43,181 bases of DNA, taken from Betaproteobacteria bacterium RIFCSPLOWO2_02_FULL_63_19 (lineage in GTDB: Bacteria > Pseudomonadota > Gammaproteobacteria > Burkholderiales > SG8-39). Shown here piece by piece: positions 25,914 through 35,583 of the stretch (position 1 is the first letter of the stretch; each line of letters begins with the position of its first letter). The stretch is taken from positions 31,453 through 74,633 of the forward strand of contig MEQX01000015.1 of the NCBI GenBank assembly GCA_001770415.1. The letters are read 5' to 3'. The notes under the pieces are model-generated. The model made no database searches. It was given only the letters and a program-made list of their open reading frames with translations, and had not been told where the DNA came from. The position numbers and the translations under genes were made by a program.

Positions 25914-26570
25914 TCAGAGACTGATGATCTGATCGACCAGCAGTTTCCAGTTGCTGCGGGGGCGCGTTGTATCGCCAGACAGCCAAGTGCCGGTCACTTT
26001 TCCCTCCCATTCGACCGGCAGCAGCATGCCGCGCAGGAACTTCCCGTGCATCTGGGTTGAACTCCATGCGACGACGGTATCTGAACCTGTTTCCCACCAC
26101 GCGTCGCCCGGTGTCCGGTCCCTGACCGATTCGGCATCCTGCTGAACGTTGAACGTTCCCTGCAGCAGACAGCGAATGCCGGGCCCCGGATGTTGATGTC
26201 GGTCGGCGATGCGGCCGGCCGCCGCTGTGATTTGATCGAGGCGGTAGAGCCATTGACTGCCCGGCGGCATATTCAGCGTCGCGATCACCCGTGACATGCG
26301 CAGGCTGGAAAACGATCCCCGACCCTGCAACAGGGTCGGCGCCGCGTTGGGCAGAGCCAGTTCCCAGCGCCACACTTGCGACCACTCGGCCTTTGCAGCC
26401 AGGCAGACGGGCGAGCCCGAATAGATGGCCGAGCCCGCATCCATTGTCTGGCCATTGATATCGACCGCACCGTGGCGAACATGGAAAAGGCGATGCGCGG
26501 CCGGCAAATCGGGCGCCGGCTGCCCACCCGTCAGCATCTGGTCATGGTATAGGTTCAGACTGAAAGCCAT
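25914..26570 (-). CDS. Cupin-fold protein (putative)
   Basis: 218 aa. Two cupin-like motifs are visible (…GRIADRHQHPGPGIRCLLQGTF… and a second half-barrel). Confidence 0.5.
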   Translation of the reverse strand: MAFSLNLYHDQMLTGGQPAPDLPAAHRLFHVRHGAVDINGQTMDAGSAIYSGSPVCLAAKAEWSQVWRWELALPNAAPTLLQGRGSFSSLRMSRVIATLNMPPGSQWLYRLDQITAAAGRIADRHQHPGPGIRCLLQGTFNVQQDAESVRDRTPGDAWWETGSDTVVAWSSTQMHGKFLRGMLLPVEWEGKVTGTWLSGDTTRPRSNWKLLVDQIISL

Positions 26571-26766
26571 TTTTCACCTTTATGGATGGTTCGTGGCGGA
26601 TCTGCAGTATTCCGCCGGGCACTGGCGATTTGACCAGAATCGTTGCTGCTTGGAAAGCGTGCCTTGGCTGCGCGGGCACCGACAGTCGGCATAAGAACCC
26701 TGGCGCCGCGCGCACGTCCCGCGAAGCTGGCCCGCGGTGGGTATTCTCCGGCCTTGCGAGACGTCT

Positions 26767-27636
26767 TCAGGACCGCGATCGGCCGCCGTAACGGTTTAGC
26801 AGTTCATTCAGTTGGTCGAGACAGTGGATACGCCAACCACGTGCATCTATGAGCAGCCACCCGATGCGTTTCCAGCGACTCAGGGTGCGCGCAACGGTCT
26901 CGACGCGCGCGTCTATTATTTCGCTGATTTGCTTCAACGTCAGGAACACCGGTAACAATGCATGCCCATTCCCCTCGCCAACTCCATAGCGGCCGACCAG
27001 TTGCAGCAGAAGCACCGCGAGGCGCTGTTGAATGGAGCCGGCGCTGATGATCTCGATCTTGTTGATGAATGCTTCACTGAAACGGGTGACTTCGCCTTTC
27101 ATGTTCCGCGAAAGCTGTGGGTGCTCCTCTGCCAGACGGGATATTTCTTCTGCATCGACGAAGATCAGAGTAACGCCCTCGCTGAGGGCGATGGCATCGG
27201 TCGGATAGCGCATGCCGGCCCAGAATGCATAAAGGCCCATCGAGTCGCCCGGGCCGAACAGGCCATACGTTTTGCTTGCTCCATTCAGGTCCCGGCGCGA
27301 CGCTTTGACGAAACCGGACCCTATCAGCACCATCTCCCGGGCGGGATCTCCGCGCTGCCAGATGAATTCGCCCTGACGAAAAACCCGTACGTGCGCGCCG
27401 GCTGCCACCGCTTTCAAGACGGCCGGTGGGATGCGCTCGAATAGGCCGAAATCGCCAAGGCGCTTGGCCAATTCAATCTCGTCCACATGCGCGGACGGCA
27501 GCGGGACGACCTGCGTCGCCTTGGCGCGGTAAAAGGCGCTGCGCGGCAAGTGCTGGATCGGAAATGCGCGGCGGTCCTTTCGTCTTGCCCGTGCTTTCGC
27601 CGGCGCGTGTCTAGAAATCTTCTTCATTGCCAACAT
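26767..27636 (-). CDS. Crp/Fnr-family transcriptional regulator
   Basis: 289 aa. It has a cNMP-binding domain (…FRQGEFIWQRGDPAREMVLIGSGFVK…) and a C-terminal HTH (LKQISEIIDARVETVARTLSRWKRIGWL). It is divergent from the ABC operon. Confidence 0.8.
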   Translation of the reverse strand: MLAMKKISRHAPAKARARRKDRRAFPIQHLPRSAFYRAKATQVVPLPSAHVDEIELAKRLGDFGLFERIPPAVLKAVAAGAHVRVFRQGEFIWQRGDPAREMVLIGSGFVKASRRDLNGASKTYGLFGPGDSMGLYAFWAGMRYPTDAIALSEGVTLIFVDAEEISRLAEEHPQLSRNMKGEVTRFSEAFINKIEIISAGSIQQRLAVLLLQLVGRYGVGEGNGHALLPVFLTLKQISEIIDARVETVARTLSRWKRIGWLLIDARGWRIHCLDQLNELLNRYGGRSRS

Positions 27637-27913
27637 TTATCTGCATAGTATAGATCGAAGTCGTCTCCGGCCGCGGGGGAGCATCATCGCTTCGGTCACA
27701 GGGCGCAGAACGTGCGGTAACGAAACCTCTGTGGAACCTTGCTGGATGTCGCCAGGCTCAACATGGCAAACTGGCAGCAACGATGACTCCGCAAACGGTT
27801 CGCGTTTCAGGATGTTGGCGCGGCGCGGCTGGCTATAGAATGATAAATTTCGATGCTGGTCGTGGCGTTGCACATCCGGTAATAAGAAAGCGGCGGCGGT
27901 TGGGACAAACTCC

Positions 27914-30196
27914 ATGAAGATATGCCGGATTCCACCGGCGGGCAGCCTTGTCAGCGCGGGTGCGCTTGCCACGCTGTTCGCGCTCGGCGCCGCACCGGCG
28001 ATGACGGGTTGCAGCGAGGTTTCCAACAACCCGCACCCCTTCGGTTCGGAGCAGACAAACACGCTGTTCGTCCCTTTCCGCGCGCGTTCGCCGAAATACC
28101 TCGATCCGACCAGTTCGTACTCCAACGACGAGGCCGTGTTTACGTTCCAGATCTACGAGCCGCTCTATCAATACCACTATCTGAAGCGGCCCTATGAACT
28201 GATGGGCCGCGCGGCCGAAGAAGTCGCACGGCCGCATTACTTCGATGCGTCCGGCAACGCGCTGCCGGACGACGCACCCGGCGAGCGGGTTGCGCAGACC
28301 GTGTACGGCATCAAGATCAGGCACGGCATCAAGTTCGCGCCGCATCCGGCGTTCGCGCGCGATGCGAGGGGCGATTACCGGTACCACTCGCTTAAACGCG
28401 AGGACGTCGCCGACAAGTACAAGGTCACCGATTTCAAAGAAACCGGCACGCGCGAGTTGACTGCGGACGATTATGTCTACGCAATACGCCGGCTGGCGAC
28501 GCCGCGGATCAAGTCGCCCGCGTTCTCGACGATGGCCGATCACATCGTCGGGCTGAAGGAGTACGGCCGCAGGATCGTCGCGGTCGATCGGGCCATGCGC
28601 AAGGGCCTGGCGCCGACCGACCGTGACCTGCCGTTCCTCGACTTTCGCCGGTACGGGTTTGCCGGCGCCGAGGCGCCCGATCGGTACACACTGCGCATCC
28701 GCGTGATCGGCAAGTACCCGCAGTTCAAGTACTGGCTCGCGATGCCGTTCTTCGCGCCGATTCCGTGGGAGGCCGAGAAGTTCTACTCGCAACCGGGAAT
28801 GGCGGAGAAGAACCTCACGCTCAACTACTGGCCAGTCGGCACCGGGCCGTACATGCTGACCGAATACATCGAGAACAGGCGACACGTGCTCACCCGAAAC
28901 CCGGATTCCCACGGCCAGTCCTACCCCTGCGAAGGTGAACCTGGCGACAAGGAAAAAGGGTATCTCGCCGACTGCGGCAAGACGATTCCTTTCGTCGACA
29001 AGGTGGTTTTCGACATCGAGAAGGAGGGGGTGCCGCTGCAGGCCAAGTTCCTGCAGGGGTACTACGACTCGCCGGCGATCGAGCGGCTCGACTACGGCAC
29101 CGGGCTCATCGTCGCGATGGGCGATTCGAAGGACAAGGAAAGGGAATACCGCGAAAAGGGCATCAAGCTTCCCACCACCGTCGAGGCGACCAACTGGTAC
29201 ATCGGCTTCAACTGGCTCGATCCGGTGCTCGGCAGGGGCGACACGCCCGAGCAGGCAGAGCGCAACCGCAAGCTGCGCCAGGCGCTGTCCATCGCGATCG
29301 ACTGGGAGGAGCGCGTCGCGATTTTCGAGCGCGGGCAGGGCGTCGCGGCGCATGGCCCGCTTCCGCCGTCGCTGTTCGGCTATCGCGCGGATGGACCTGC
29401 GGCCTTCAACCCTGTGGTCTACACCCGGGGTACGGACGGAAAACCGGTCCGGCGTCCAATCACGGAGGCGAAGAAGCTGCTGGCCGAGGCGGGCTACCCG
29501 GACGGGCGCGATGCGAGGACCGGCAAGCCGCTGGTCATCAATTTCGATTACCAGAGCTCGCCGACGCCGGGGGTCAGGGCGCTGCTCGACTGGTATCAGA
29601 AGCAGTTCGCGAAGATCAATGTTCAACTGGAAATCCGCGCCACCGACTACAACCGGTTCCAGGACAAGATGAACAAGGGCGTGGTCCAGATGTACTTTTG
29701 GGGGTGGCTTGCCGATTACCCGGATGCAGAGAATTTCCTGTTCATGCTGTACGGGCCGAACTCCAAGGCACTGACGGGCGGCAACGGAGAGAACAACAGC
29801 AACTACCAGAACGCGGAGTACGACCGGCTGTTCGACCGGATGAAGTTCCTCGACGACGGCCCCGAGAAGCAGAAACTGATCGACCGGATGATCGAAATCC
29901 TGCAACGGGACGCAGTGTGGAGTTTCGGATACTTCCCGACTTCAGCCGCCGCCTATCACCAGTGGGTGTACAACGGCAAGCCGACACAGATCATCCGCAA
30001 CCACATCGGCTATCTGCGGCTTGACCCCGAGCTTCGCGCGCGCAGGCTGGCGGAGTGGAACAAGCCGATTTGGTGGCCTGTTCCGCTGATGTTCCTGTTG
30101 CTGATCGCGGCCGTCATTCCCGCCTGGTTCGGGTGGCGCAGGAGGGAGCGGGAAACCGCAGCGCGCACGCTGGCGCGCGAAGGAGCCCGGCCTTGA
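27914..30196 (+). CDS. ABC transporter substrate-binding protein, family 5 (YejA/OppA-like), lipoprotein with unusual C-terminal TM segment
   Basis: 760 aa. It has a signal peptide with a lipobox (PAMTGCSE) and the SBP_bac_5 fold. The C-terminal end IWWPVPLMFLLLIAAVIPAWFGWRRRERE is hydrophobic and TM-like. Confidence 0.85.
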   Translation: MKICRIPPAGSLVSAGALATLFALGAAPAMTGCSEVSNNPHPFGSEQTNTLFVPFRARSPKYLDPTSSYSNDEAVFTFQIYEPLYQYHYLKRPYELMGRAAEEVARPHYFDASGNALPDDAPGERVAQTVYGIKIRHGIKFAPHPAFARDARGDYRYHSLKREDVADKYKVTDFKETGTRELTADDYVYAIRRLATPRIKSPAFSTMADHIVGLKEYGRRIVAVDRAMRKGLAPTDRDLPFLDFRRYGFAGAEAPDRYTLRIRVIGKYPQFKYWLAMPFFAPIPWEAEKFYSQPGMAEKNLTLNYWPVGTGPYMLTEYIENRRHVLTRNPDSHGQSYPCEGEPGDKEKGYLADCGKTIPFVDKVVFDIEKEGVPLQAKFLQGYYDSPAIERLDYGTGLIVAMGDSKDKEREYREKGIKLPTTVEATNWYIGFNWLDPVLGRGDTPEQAERNRKLRQALSIAIDWEERVAIFERGQGVAAHGPLPPSLFGYRADGPAAFNPVVYTRGTDGKPVRRPITEAKKLLAEAGYPDGRDARTGKPLVINFDYQSSPTPGVRALLDWYQKQFAKINVQLEIRATDYNRFQDKMNKGVVQMYFWGWLADYPDAENFLFMLYGPNSKALTGGNGENNSNYQNAEYDRLFDRMKFLDDGPEKQKLIDRMIEILQRDAVWSFGYFPTSAAAYHQWVYNGKPTQIIRNHIGYLRLDPELRARRLAEWNKPIWWPVPLMFLLLIAAVIPAWFGWRRRERETAARTLAREGARP

Positions 30197-31170
30197 TCAG
30201 CTACATCATCCGCCGCATCGCATACGGCGTGCTGATCCTGATCGGCGTTAACCTGTTTACGTTCGTGCTGTTCTTCACGGTCAACACGCCCGACGACATG
30301 GCACGGATGAACATCGGCGGCAAGCGCGTCTCGCCGGACGCCATCGAAAAATGGAAGGTCGAGCGCGGCTACGACAAGCCACTGCTGTGGAACGCCTCCG
30401 CTCCCGGAGCGGATAAGCTGACGAATACGATTTTCTTCGATCGCTCGGTGCAGTTGTTCGCATTCGACTTCGGCTCGTCCGACAGCGGTCGCGACATCGG
30501 TTACGAAATCCGGCAGCGGGTAGGTCCATCGATCGCGGTCGCGGTGCCCACCTTCCTGCTCGGGCTATTTGTCGTGATCGTGTTCTCGCTGCTGCTGGTG
30601 TTTTTCCGCAACACCTACCTGGAGTTCTGGGGCTTCGCCATTGCCGTTTTCATGATGGCGATTTCATCTCTGTTCTACATCCTGATCGGGCAGTTCCTGT
30701 TCAGCAAGCTGCTGAAGCTGGTGCCGATTTCCGGGTTCGCCGGAGGTACCGACCTGATCGTGTTTCTCGCGCTGCCGGTGCTGATCGGGATCGTCTCCCG
30801 GCTCGGCGCAGAGGCGCTTTTCTACCGGACCATGTTTCTCGAAGAGATCGGCAGGGACTACGTGCGCACCGCACGGGCCAAGGGCCTTTCGGAGACTGCC
30901 GTGCTGTTCCGCCACGTGCTGCGCAACGCGCTGCTGCCGATACTCACCAGCACCGTGGCGGTGTTGCCGCTGTTGTTTCTCGGCGCACTGATCATGGAAT
31001 CATTCTTCGGCATACCGGGACTCGGCAGCTACACCATCGATGCGATCAACGCGCAGGACTTCGCGATCGTGCGCTCGATGGTGTTCGTCGGTTCGCTGCT
31101 CTACATCATCGGCCTGATCCTGACGGATATCTCGTACACGGTCGCCGACCCGCGCATTCGGCTGAGTTAG
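30193..31170 (+). CDS. ABC transporter permease (YejB/DppB-like)
   Basis: ORF 30055..31170. The likely start is a TTG at 30193 that overlaps the SBP stop (TTGA), with an AAGGAG ribosome-binding site at 30180-30185. It has BPD_transp_1 permease features. Confidence 0.85.
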   Translation: MISYIIRRIAYGVLILIGVNLFTFVLFFTVNTPDDMARMNIGGKRVSPDAIEKWKVERGYDKPLLWNASAPGADKLTNTIFFDRSVQLFAFDFGSSDSGRDIGYEIRQRVGPSIAVAVPTFLLGLFVVIVFSLLLVFFRNTYLEFWGFAIAVFMMAISSLFYILIGQFLFSKLLKLVPISGFAGGTDLIVFLALPVLIGIVSRLGAEALFYRTMFLEEIGRDYVRTARAKGLSETAVLFRHVLRNALLPILTSTVAVLPLLFLGALIMESFFGIPGLGSYTIDAINAQDFAIVRSMVFVGSLLYIIGLILTDISYTVADPRIRLS

Positions 31171-31178
31171 CGACGCCC

Positions 31179-32654
31179 ATGCCCAAACTGGTCTTTCTCG
31201 CCACCGATATCGTTCTATACCTGCTGCTGGCCGCGATGGCTTTCTATGCGTGGCACGCGCTGCGCACACCGACGCTGCGCCAGGCCTGGCGGGCCGTCGC
31301 GAGCGATTCTGCCGCAATGTCGGCAGCGGTCGTACTCGGCGCCTTCCTGCTGGTCGCGGTGCTCGATTCGTTCCATTACCGCCCGCGGCTGCCCGCCGCG
31401 CCCGGGGTGGCGGCGGGCGCGCCGGTGGCGTACTCGACGCAGACGTTGTCGGTGCTTGATGCGCTGCTCGCCGGCCCGCGCGAAGCGCGCGAGAAGACCT
31501 ACTCCGTTCCGCTCGGCACCCACCAGTACTCGAAGGAATCGATGCTGGTCGGGGGCAAGATGATCCGCGATTTTCCCAGGCTGCAGTTCGGCGGTCCGCA
31601 CCTCAAGGATACCGGCCGCGACTGGATCGGCGATCTCGTTCGGCGATCGGCGGCCGGACTGGCCGGCGGTGCGCTCGCCGCCGCGACGCTGTGGCTCGCT
31701 GTCGCTGCGCTGCGTGCGCGCGGCACCGGGGTCGGAATCAGGGAGTCGCTGCGCGCAATTCGGCACAAGACCACGTACATTCCGTGGCGGGCAATGCTGC
31801 TGACGGCCGCCGCGCTGGCGCTTTTCGTCGGCTGGGTGGCGGCGCTGTGGCCGTGGTACCACGTGTTCGGGACCGATCAGACCGGGAACGACATCCTGTT
31901 CCAGGCGATCAAGTCGGTGCGCACGGCTTTGGTGATCGGCTCGCTCGCCACGCTGGCCACGCTGCCGTTCGCGATCGTATTCGGTATTCTTGCCGGCTAC
32001 TACAAGGGCCGGGTCGACGACGTCATCCAATACATCTACACGGTGCTGTCATCGATCCCGTCGGTGCTTCTGATCGCCGCTTTCGTGCTGATGATCCAGG
32101 TGTTCATCGACAAGAACCCGCAGATGTTCGAGACGGGCGTTGAACGTGCCGACGTTCGCCTTTTCCTTCTGTCGGCTATTCTCGGCATCACCGGGTGGGC
32201 GTCGCTGGCGCGGCTGCTGCGCGCGGAGACGCTGAAGCTCACCGAACTCGAGTACGTGCAGGCAGCGCGCGCGTTCGGCGTTTCCGACGCCGGCATCATG
32301 CGCCGGCACATCCTGCCCAACGTGATGCACGTCGTGCTTATCGTCGCCGTGCTGGACTTCTCGGGTCTCGTGCTCTACGAAGCGGTGCTGTCGTACGTCG
32401 GCGTTGGCGTTGACCCATCGACCAACAGCTTCGGTACGATGATCAACAGCGCGCGCACCGAGCTGGCGCGGGATCCGCTCGTATGGTGGAACCTGCTCGC
32501 CGCGTTCGCATTCATGGTGACGCTGGTGCTGGCGGTTCAGCTTTTCGCGAGCGCGGTGCGGGAAGCCTTCGACCCGCGTTCGCGGGCGTTTCGCCCGCAC
32601 CGGGCCAAACCTGCTGCGGGCCGCGCGCGCGGCGCCGTAACCGAAGCGCCGTAG
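31179..32654 (+). CDS. ABC transporter permease (YejE/DppC-like) with about 150-aa N-terminal extension
   Basis: 491 aa. It has the permease EAA-like region (…YVQAARAFGVSDAGIMRRHILPN…). Confidence 0.85.
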   Translation: MPKLVFLATDIVLYLLLAAMAFYAWHALRTPTLRQAWRAVASDSAAMSAAVVLGAFLLVAVLDSFHYRPRLPAAPGVAAGAPVAYSTQTLSVLDALLAGPREAREKTYSVPLGTHQYSKESMLVGGKMIRDFPRLQFGGPHLKDTGRDWIGDLVRRSAAGLAGGALAAATLWLAVAALRARGTGVGIRESLRAIRHKTTYIPWRAMLLTAAALALFVGWVAALWPWYHVFGTDQTGNDILFQAIKSVRTALVIGSLATLATLPFAIVFGILAGYYKGRVDDVIQYIYTVLSSIPSVLLIAAFVLMIQVFIDKNPQMFETGVERADVRLFLLSAILGITGWASLARLLRAETLKLTELEYVQAARAFGVSDAGIMRRHILPNVMHVVLIVAVLDFSGLVLYEAVLSYVGVGVDPSTNSFGTMINSARTELARDPLVWWNLLAAFAFMVTLVLAVQLFASAVREAFDPRSRAFRPHRAKPAAGRARGAVTEAP

Positions 32655-32663
32655 GCTTCCTGC

Positions 32664-34493
32664 ATGCTGCGGATCGAAAACCTGACCACCGACCTCGATT
32701 CGGACAGCGGCCTGGTGCGGGCCGTCGACGCGCTGTCTCTCACGATCGAGCGCGGCGAGACGTTCGCTCTGGTCGGCGAGTCGGGCTGCGGCAAGTCGAT
32801 GGCGGCGCTGTCGATCCTGCGGTTGCTGCCGGACAGCGGCCGCGTGAGCGCCGGCAGCGTCCACGTGGACGGCATCGATATCACCCAGCTGCCCGAGGCG
32901 CGGATGCGCGATATCCGCGGCCGGCGCGTCAGCATCATCTTCCAGGAGCCCTCGACCAGCCTCAACCCGGTGATGACCGTGGGCCGGCAGATCACCGAGG
33001 TGATAGAACGCCACACTGCGCTGCGTGGTCCGGCGGCGGTGGAGAAAGCGGTCGACTGGCTGCGCAGGGTAGGTATTGCGGAACCCGAGCGGCGCATCAA
33101 CGACTACCCGTTCCAGATGTCCGGCGGGCAGAAGCAGCGTGTGATGATCGCGATCGCGCTTGCCGCCGATCCGGATATCGTGATCGCCGACGAGCCGACG
33201 ACCGCGCTCGACGTCACCATCCAGGCGCAGATCCTCGAACTTCTCGTGAAACTGCAGGCCTCGCAGCAGATGGCGATGCTGTTGATCACCCACGACCTGG
33301 CAATTGTCGCGCAGGTGGCGCAGCGCGTCGCGATGATGTACGCGGGCCAGATCGTCGAAGTGGCGGAGGCGAAGGAATTCTTCGCGCGCCCGTCGCACCC
33401 GTACGCAGTCAATCTGTTCGAAGCGCTGCCCGATACGAGCAAGCGCGGGCGCAGGCTGGCATCGATTCCCGGTAGCGTGCCAACGCTCAACCAGCAATTT
33501 ACCGGCTGCCGTTTCGCCGAGCGCTGCGGCAACGTGACCGATCGCTGCCGCAGCGCGCCACCGCCGCTGGTCGAATACCGGCCGGGCCACGCAGTGCGCT
33601 GCGTCCTCTATCAGGGCGTGACGCCGGCCGAGGCGGTAGAGCGCGTTTCCAACAAGGATGCCGCGCTGCCGCCCAGTTCCGCGACCGGCGACACGGTTCT
33701 GGAGGTTCGCGACTATCGGGTCTGGTTTCCGATCCGAAAGGGCCTATTCAAGCGTACGGTAGGTCATGTCAAGGCGGTCGACGGAGTGTCGTTCACGCTC
33801 GCGGCGGGGCGCACGCTCGCGCTCGTCGGCGAATCCGGCAGCGGCAAGACGACGGTCGGCAAGGCGGTGCTGCAGCTGTTGCGAAACACCGCGCGCATCA
33901 GCGGCTCGGCACGGCTCGCGGGGGTGCCGCTGGAGACGATGCACGGGGAAGCGCTGCGCTGCGCGCGCCGCACGGCGCAGATTGTGTTCCAGGATCCGTT
34001 CGCCTCGCTCGATCCACGCATGCGCGTCAGGGAGATCCTCGAGGAGGGTGTCGCTTCGCTGCGTCCGGACGTCGCGCCGGGAGAGCGCGCCGAGCGCGTC
34101 GTGGCGCTGCTCGAAAGGGTGGGGATGAGAAGCGATGTGCTGACGCGCTATCCGCACGAGTTCTCCGGCGGCCAGCGGCAGCGCCTGGCGATCGCCCGTG
34201 CGCTCGCGGTGGAGCCAAAGCTGATCGTCGCCGACGAACCGACGTCCGCGCTCGATGTGTCGGTGCAGGCGCAGATACTCAATCTTCTGCAGCAATTGCA
34301 GTACGAGCTAGCGGTAGCCTACCTGTTCATTACGCACAATTTCGGCGTCGTCGAATACCTTGCCCACGAAATCGCGGTGATGAAGGAGGGGCGGCTGGTT
34401 GAAACCGGGAGCGCGGAGCAGATTCTGAACCGCCCGCAGCACGAGTACACGCGCACGCTGCTCGCAGCGGTGCCGCGGTTGAGCCGGGCATAA
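32664..34493 (+). CDS. ABC transporter ATP-binding protein with two fused ABC domains (YejF-like)
   Basis: 609 aa. Two Walker A motifs (GESGCGKS and GESGSGKT), two LSGGQ signatures (MSGGQKQR and FSGGQRQR) and two Walker B motifs are present. Confidence 0.9.
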   Translation: MLRIENLTTDLDSDSGLVRAVDALSLTIERGETFALVGESGCGKSMAALSILRLLPDSGRVSAGSVHVDGIDITQLPEARMRDIRGRRVSIIFQEPSTSLNPVMTVGRQITEVIERHTALRGPAAVEKAVDWLRRVGIAEPERRINDYPFQMSGGQKQRVMIAIALAADPDIVIADEPTTALDVTIQAQILELLVKLQASQQMAMLLITHDLAIVAQVAQRVAMMYAGQIVEVAEAKEFFARPSHPYAVNLFEALPDTSKRGRRLASIPGSVPTLNQQFTGCRFAERCGNVTDRCRSAPPPLVEYRPGHAVRCVLYQGVTPAEAVERVSNKDAALPPSSATGDTVLEVRDYRVWFPIRKGLFKRTVGHVKAVDGVSFTLAAGRTLALVGESGSGKTTVGKAVLQLLRNTARISGSARLAGVPLETMHGEALRCARRTAQIVFQDPFASLDPRMRVREILEEGVASLRPDVAPGERAERVVALLERVGMRSDVLTRYPHEFSGGQRQRLAIARALAVEPKLIVADEPTSALDVSVQAQILNLLQQLQYELAVAYLFITHNFGVVEYLAHEIAVMKEGRLVETGSAEQILNRPQHEYTRTLLAAVPRLSRA

Positions 34494-34906
34494 AGCCGCG
34501 CTCCCGGGAGCGGTGAGCCTGCCTTTCTAGGTACGGTAAGCGCGATCACTCGAACTACGGTGCATGCGCGGGTGAGGCAGCGCGTTCAGCATGTTGCCAG
34601 ATTCGAGCATCATCCCACCTATCAAAGTGCCCCGAAGACTGGGGGAAGACCAGAACTCCTCGACCATGCTCTCGAGGCCCTCGTAGCGGGCACTATGGAA
34701 TTCGTCCTGCGCAACGGGCTGCCCGGGGTCATACGGCGCGAGCAGCGTCTTTGTGCCGCCTTTCTTTCCCGCGATCAGCATTCCGCACGATTCTCGACCA
34801 ACCGGTTCAAATCGGCCTTAGGGCGACCCGACCTGATCCCGGATTCGTGGGATTGACAGTCAAGTTCAGCGGCAGCACAATGTGCGCCCATTACTGTCGA
34901 GGCGAC

Positions 34907-34999
34907 ATGAGAACAGTGGCACCAATGAACGAATTGCGGACCGGATCGCTGCAAAGCTGCAGCGAGGCCCCCGCGTATCCGGGAGCGGCGTTCGAGTAG
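34907..34999 (+). CDS. Small ORF A (30 aa, MRTVAPMNELRTGSLQSCSEAPAYPGAAFE), immediately followed by an intrinsic terminator
   Basis: A GAGGCG ribosome-binding site lies 5 nt upstream of the ATG. It is in frame within track ORF 34751..34999 and is paralogous at the DNA level to small ORF B. It is not supported beyond this context. Confidence 0.2.
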   Translation: MRTVAPMNELRTGSLQSCSEAPAYPGAAFE

Positions 35000-35021
35000 C
35001 GCGGCGCGCGATCGACCCGTG

Positions 35022-35054
35022 GCCCGGACTGCGCGAGCGCTCCGGGCTTTTTTG
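35022..35054 (+). terminator. Rho-independent terminator (GCCCGGA...TCCGGGC + TTTTTTG)
   Basis: A 7-bp GC stem with a 12-nt loop is followed by a T6 run. Confidence 0.6.
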
Positions 35055-35089
35055 TTTCTGGTTGAACGTGAACGACGACGAGTGAACTG

Positions 35090-35218
35090 ATGAGGACAGG
35101 ATCAAACGTGACGAAATGCAGCCAAGCGGCACCAGATCTGCGCGCCGCCTCGCCCGCGCTCGTGCTCGAGTACGGCGATCGGACAGCGCCCGCAATCCAG
35201 GCGGAGGAAGGAATGTAA
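35090..35218 (+). CDS. Small ORF B (42 aa, MRTGSNVTKCSQAAPDLRAASPALVLEYGDRTAPAIQAEEGM)
   Basis: Runs from the ATG at 35090 to a TAA at 35216-35218. Its 5' end (ATGAGGACAGGATCAAACGTGACGAA) resembles that of ORF A (ATGAGAACAGTGGCACCAATGAACGAA). A second terminator follows it. Confidence 0.2.
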   Translation: MRTGSNVTKCSQAAPDLRAASPALVLEYGDRTAPAIQAEEGM

Positions 35219-35245
35219 CGTACGCACCAGTTGCGTTCTCACGAA

Positions 35246-35282
35246 GCCCGGGTTGCGCCGCAAGGCCCCCGGGCTTTTTTGT
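35246..35282 (+). terminator. Rho-independent terminator (GCCCGGG...CCCGGGC + TTTTTTG)
   Basis: A GC stem is followed by a T6 run, and it sits immediately before the first tRNA-like gene. The tail (CCGGGCTTTTTTGT) is nearly identical to that of the first terminator. Confidence 0.6.
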
Positions 35283-35359
35283 GCCCCGCCGGCGGAATCG
35301 GCATACGCACGCGTTTCAGAAACGCGCATCTCCGGGTTCGAATCCCGGGTGGGGTACCA
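35283..35359 (+). tRNA. tRNA-like gene, anticodon CAG (Leu box) on a short-variable-arm (type I) body
   Basis: A cloverleaf can be drawn. Acceptor is GCCCCGC/GTGGGGT (two G-U pairs). Anticodon stem CGCGT/ACGCG with loop TTCAGAA. T-arm is CCGGG-TTCGAAT-CCCGG, with A73 and an encoded CCA. A Leu anticodon with a 5-nt variable loop is non-canonical. Confidence 0.55.
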
Positions 35360-35502
35360 GAGTTTTGCAGCAGAAGTTTTGCATTACCCGCGCCGGCACA
35401 GCGTCCGGGACTACGCGGTTTGCTCTTTGACAATTTGGATGTGGCACAACTTCGTCCGCGCGGGCAGGTGCCGCGCGCGGACGGAGTGTGGATGACGCAC
35501 GT

Positions 35503-35577
35503 GCAGACATGGCTTAACGGGCAGAGCGCGACGTTGCCAGCGTCGAGGCGCGGGTTCAAGACCTGCTGTCTGCACCA
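35503..35577 (+). tRNA. tRNA-Gly (GCC)
   Basis: Acceptor GCAGACA/TGTCTGC is perfect. D stem is GCTT/GAGC. Anticodon stem CGACG/CGTCG with loop TTGCCAG. T-arm is GCGGG-TTCAAGA-CCTGC and CCA is encoded. Confidence 0.8.
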
Positions 35578-35583
35578 GTTTTC

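Noticed and set aside
34527-34856. ORFs 34527..34781 (-, 84 aa) and 34560..34856 (+, 98 aa) in the 410-bp gap after the ABC ATPase gene.
   Set aside because: They overlap each other on opposite strands, neither has a convincing ribosome-binding site or a recognisable domain, and one is Arg-rich. The region may be non-coding (5' UTR or sRNA), so they were left unannotated.
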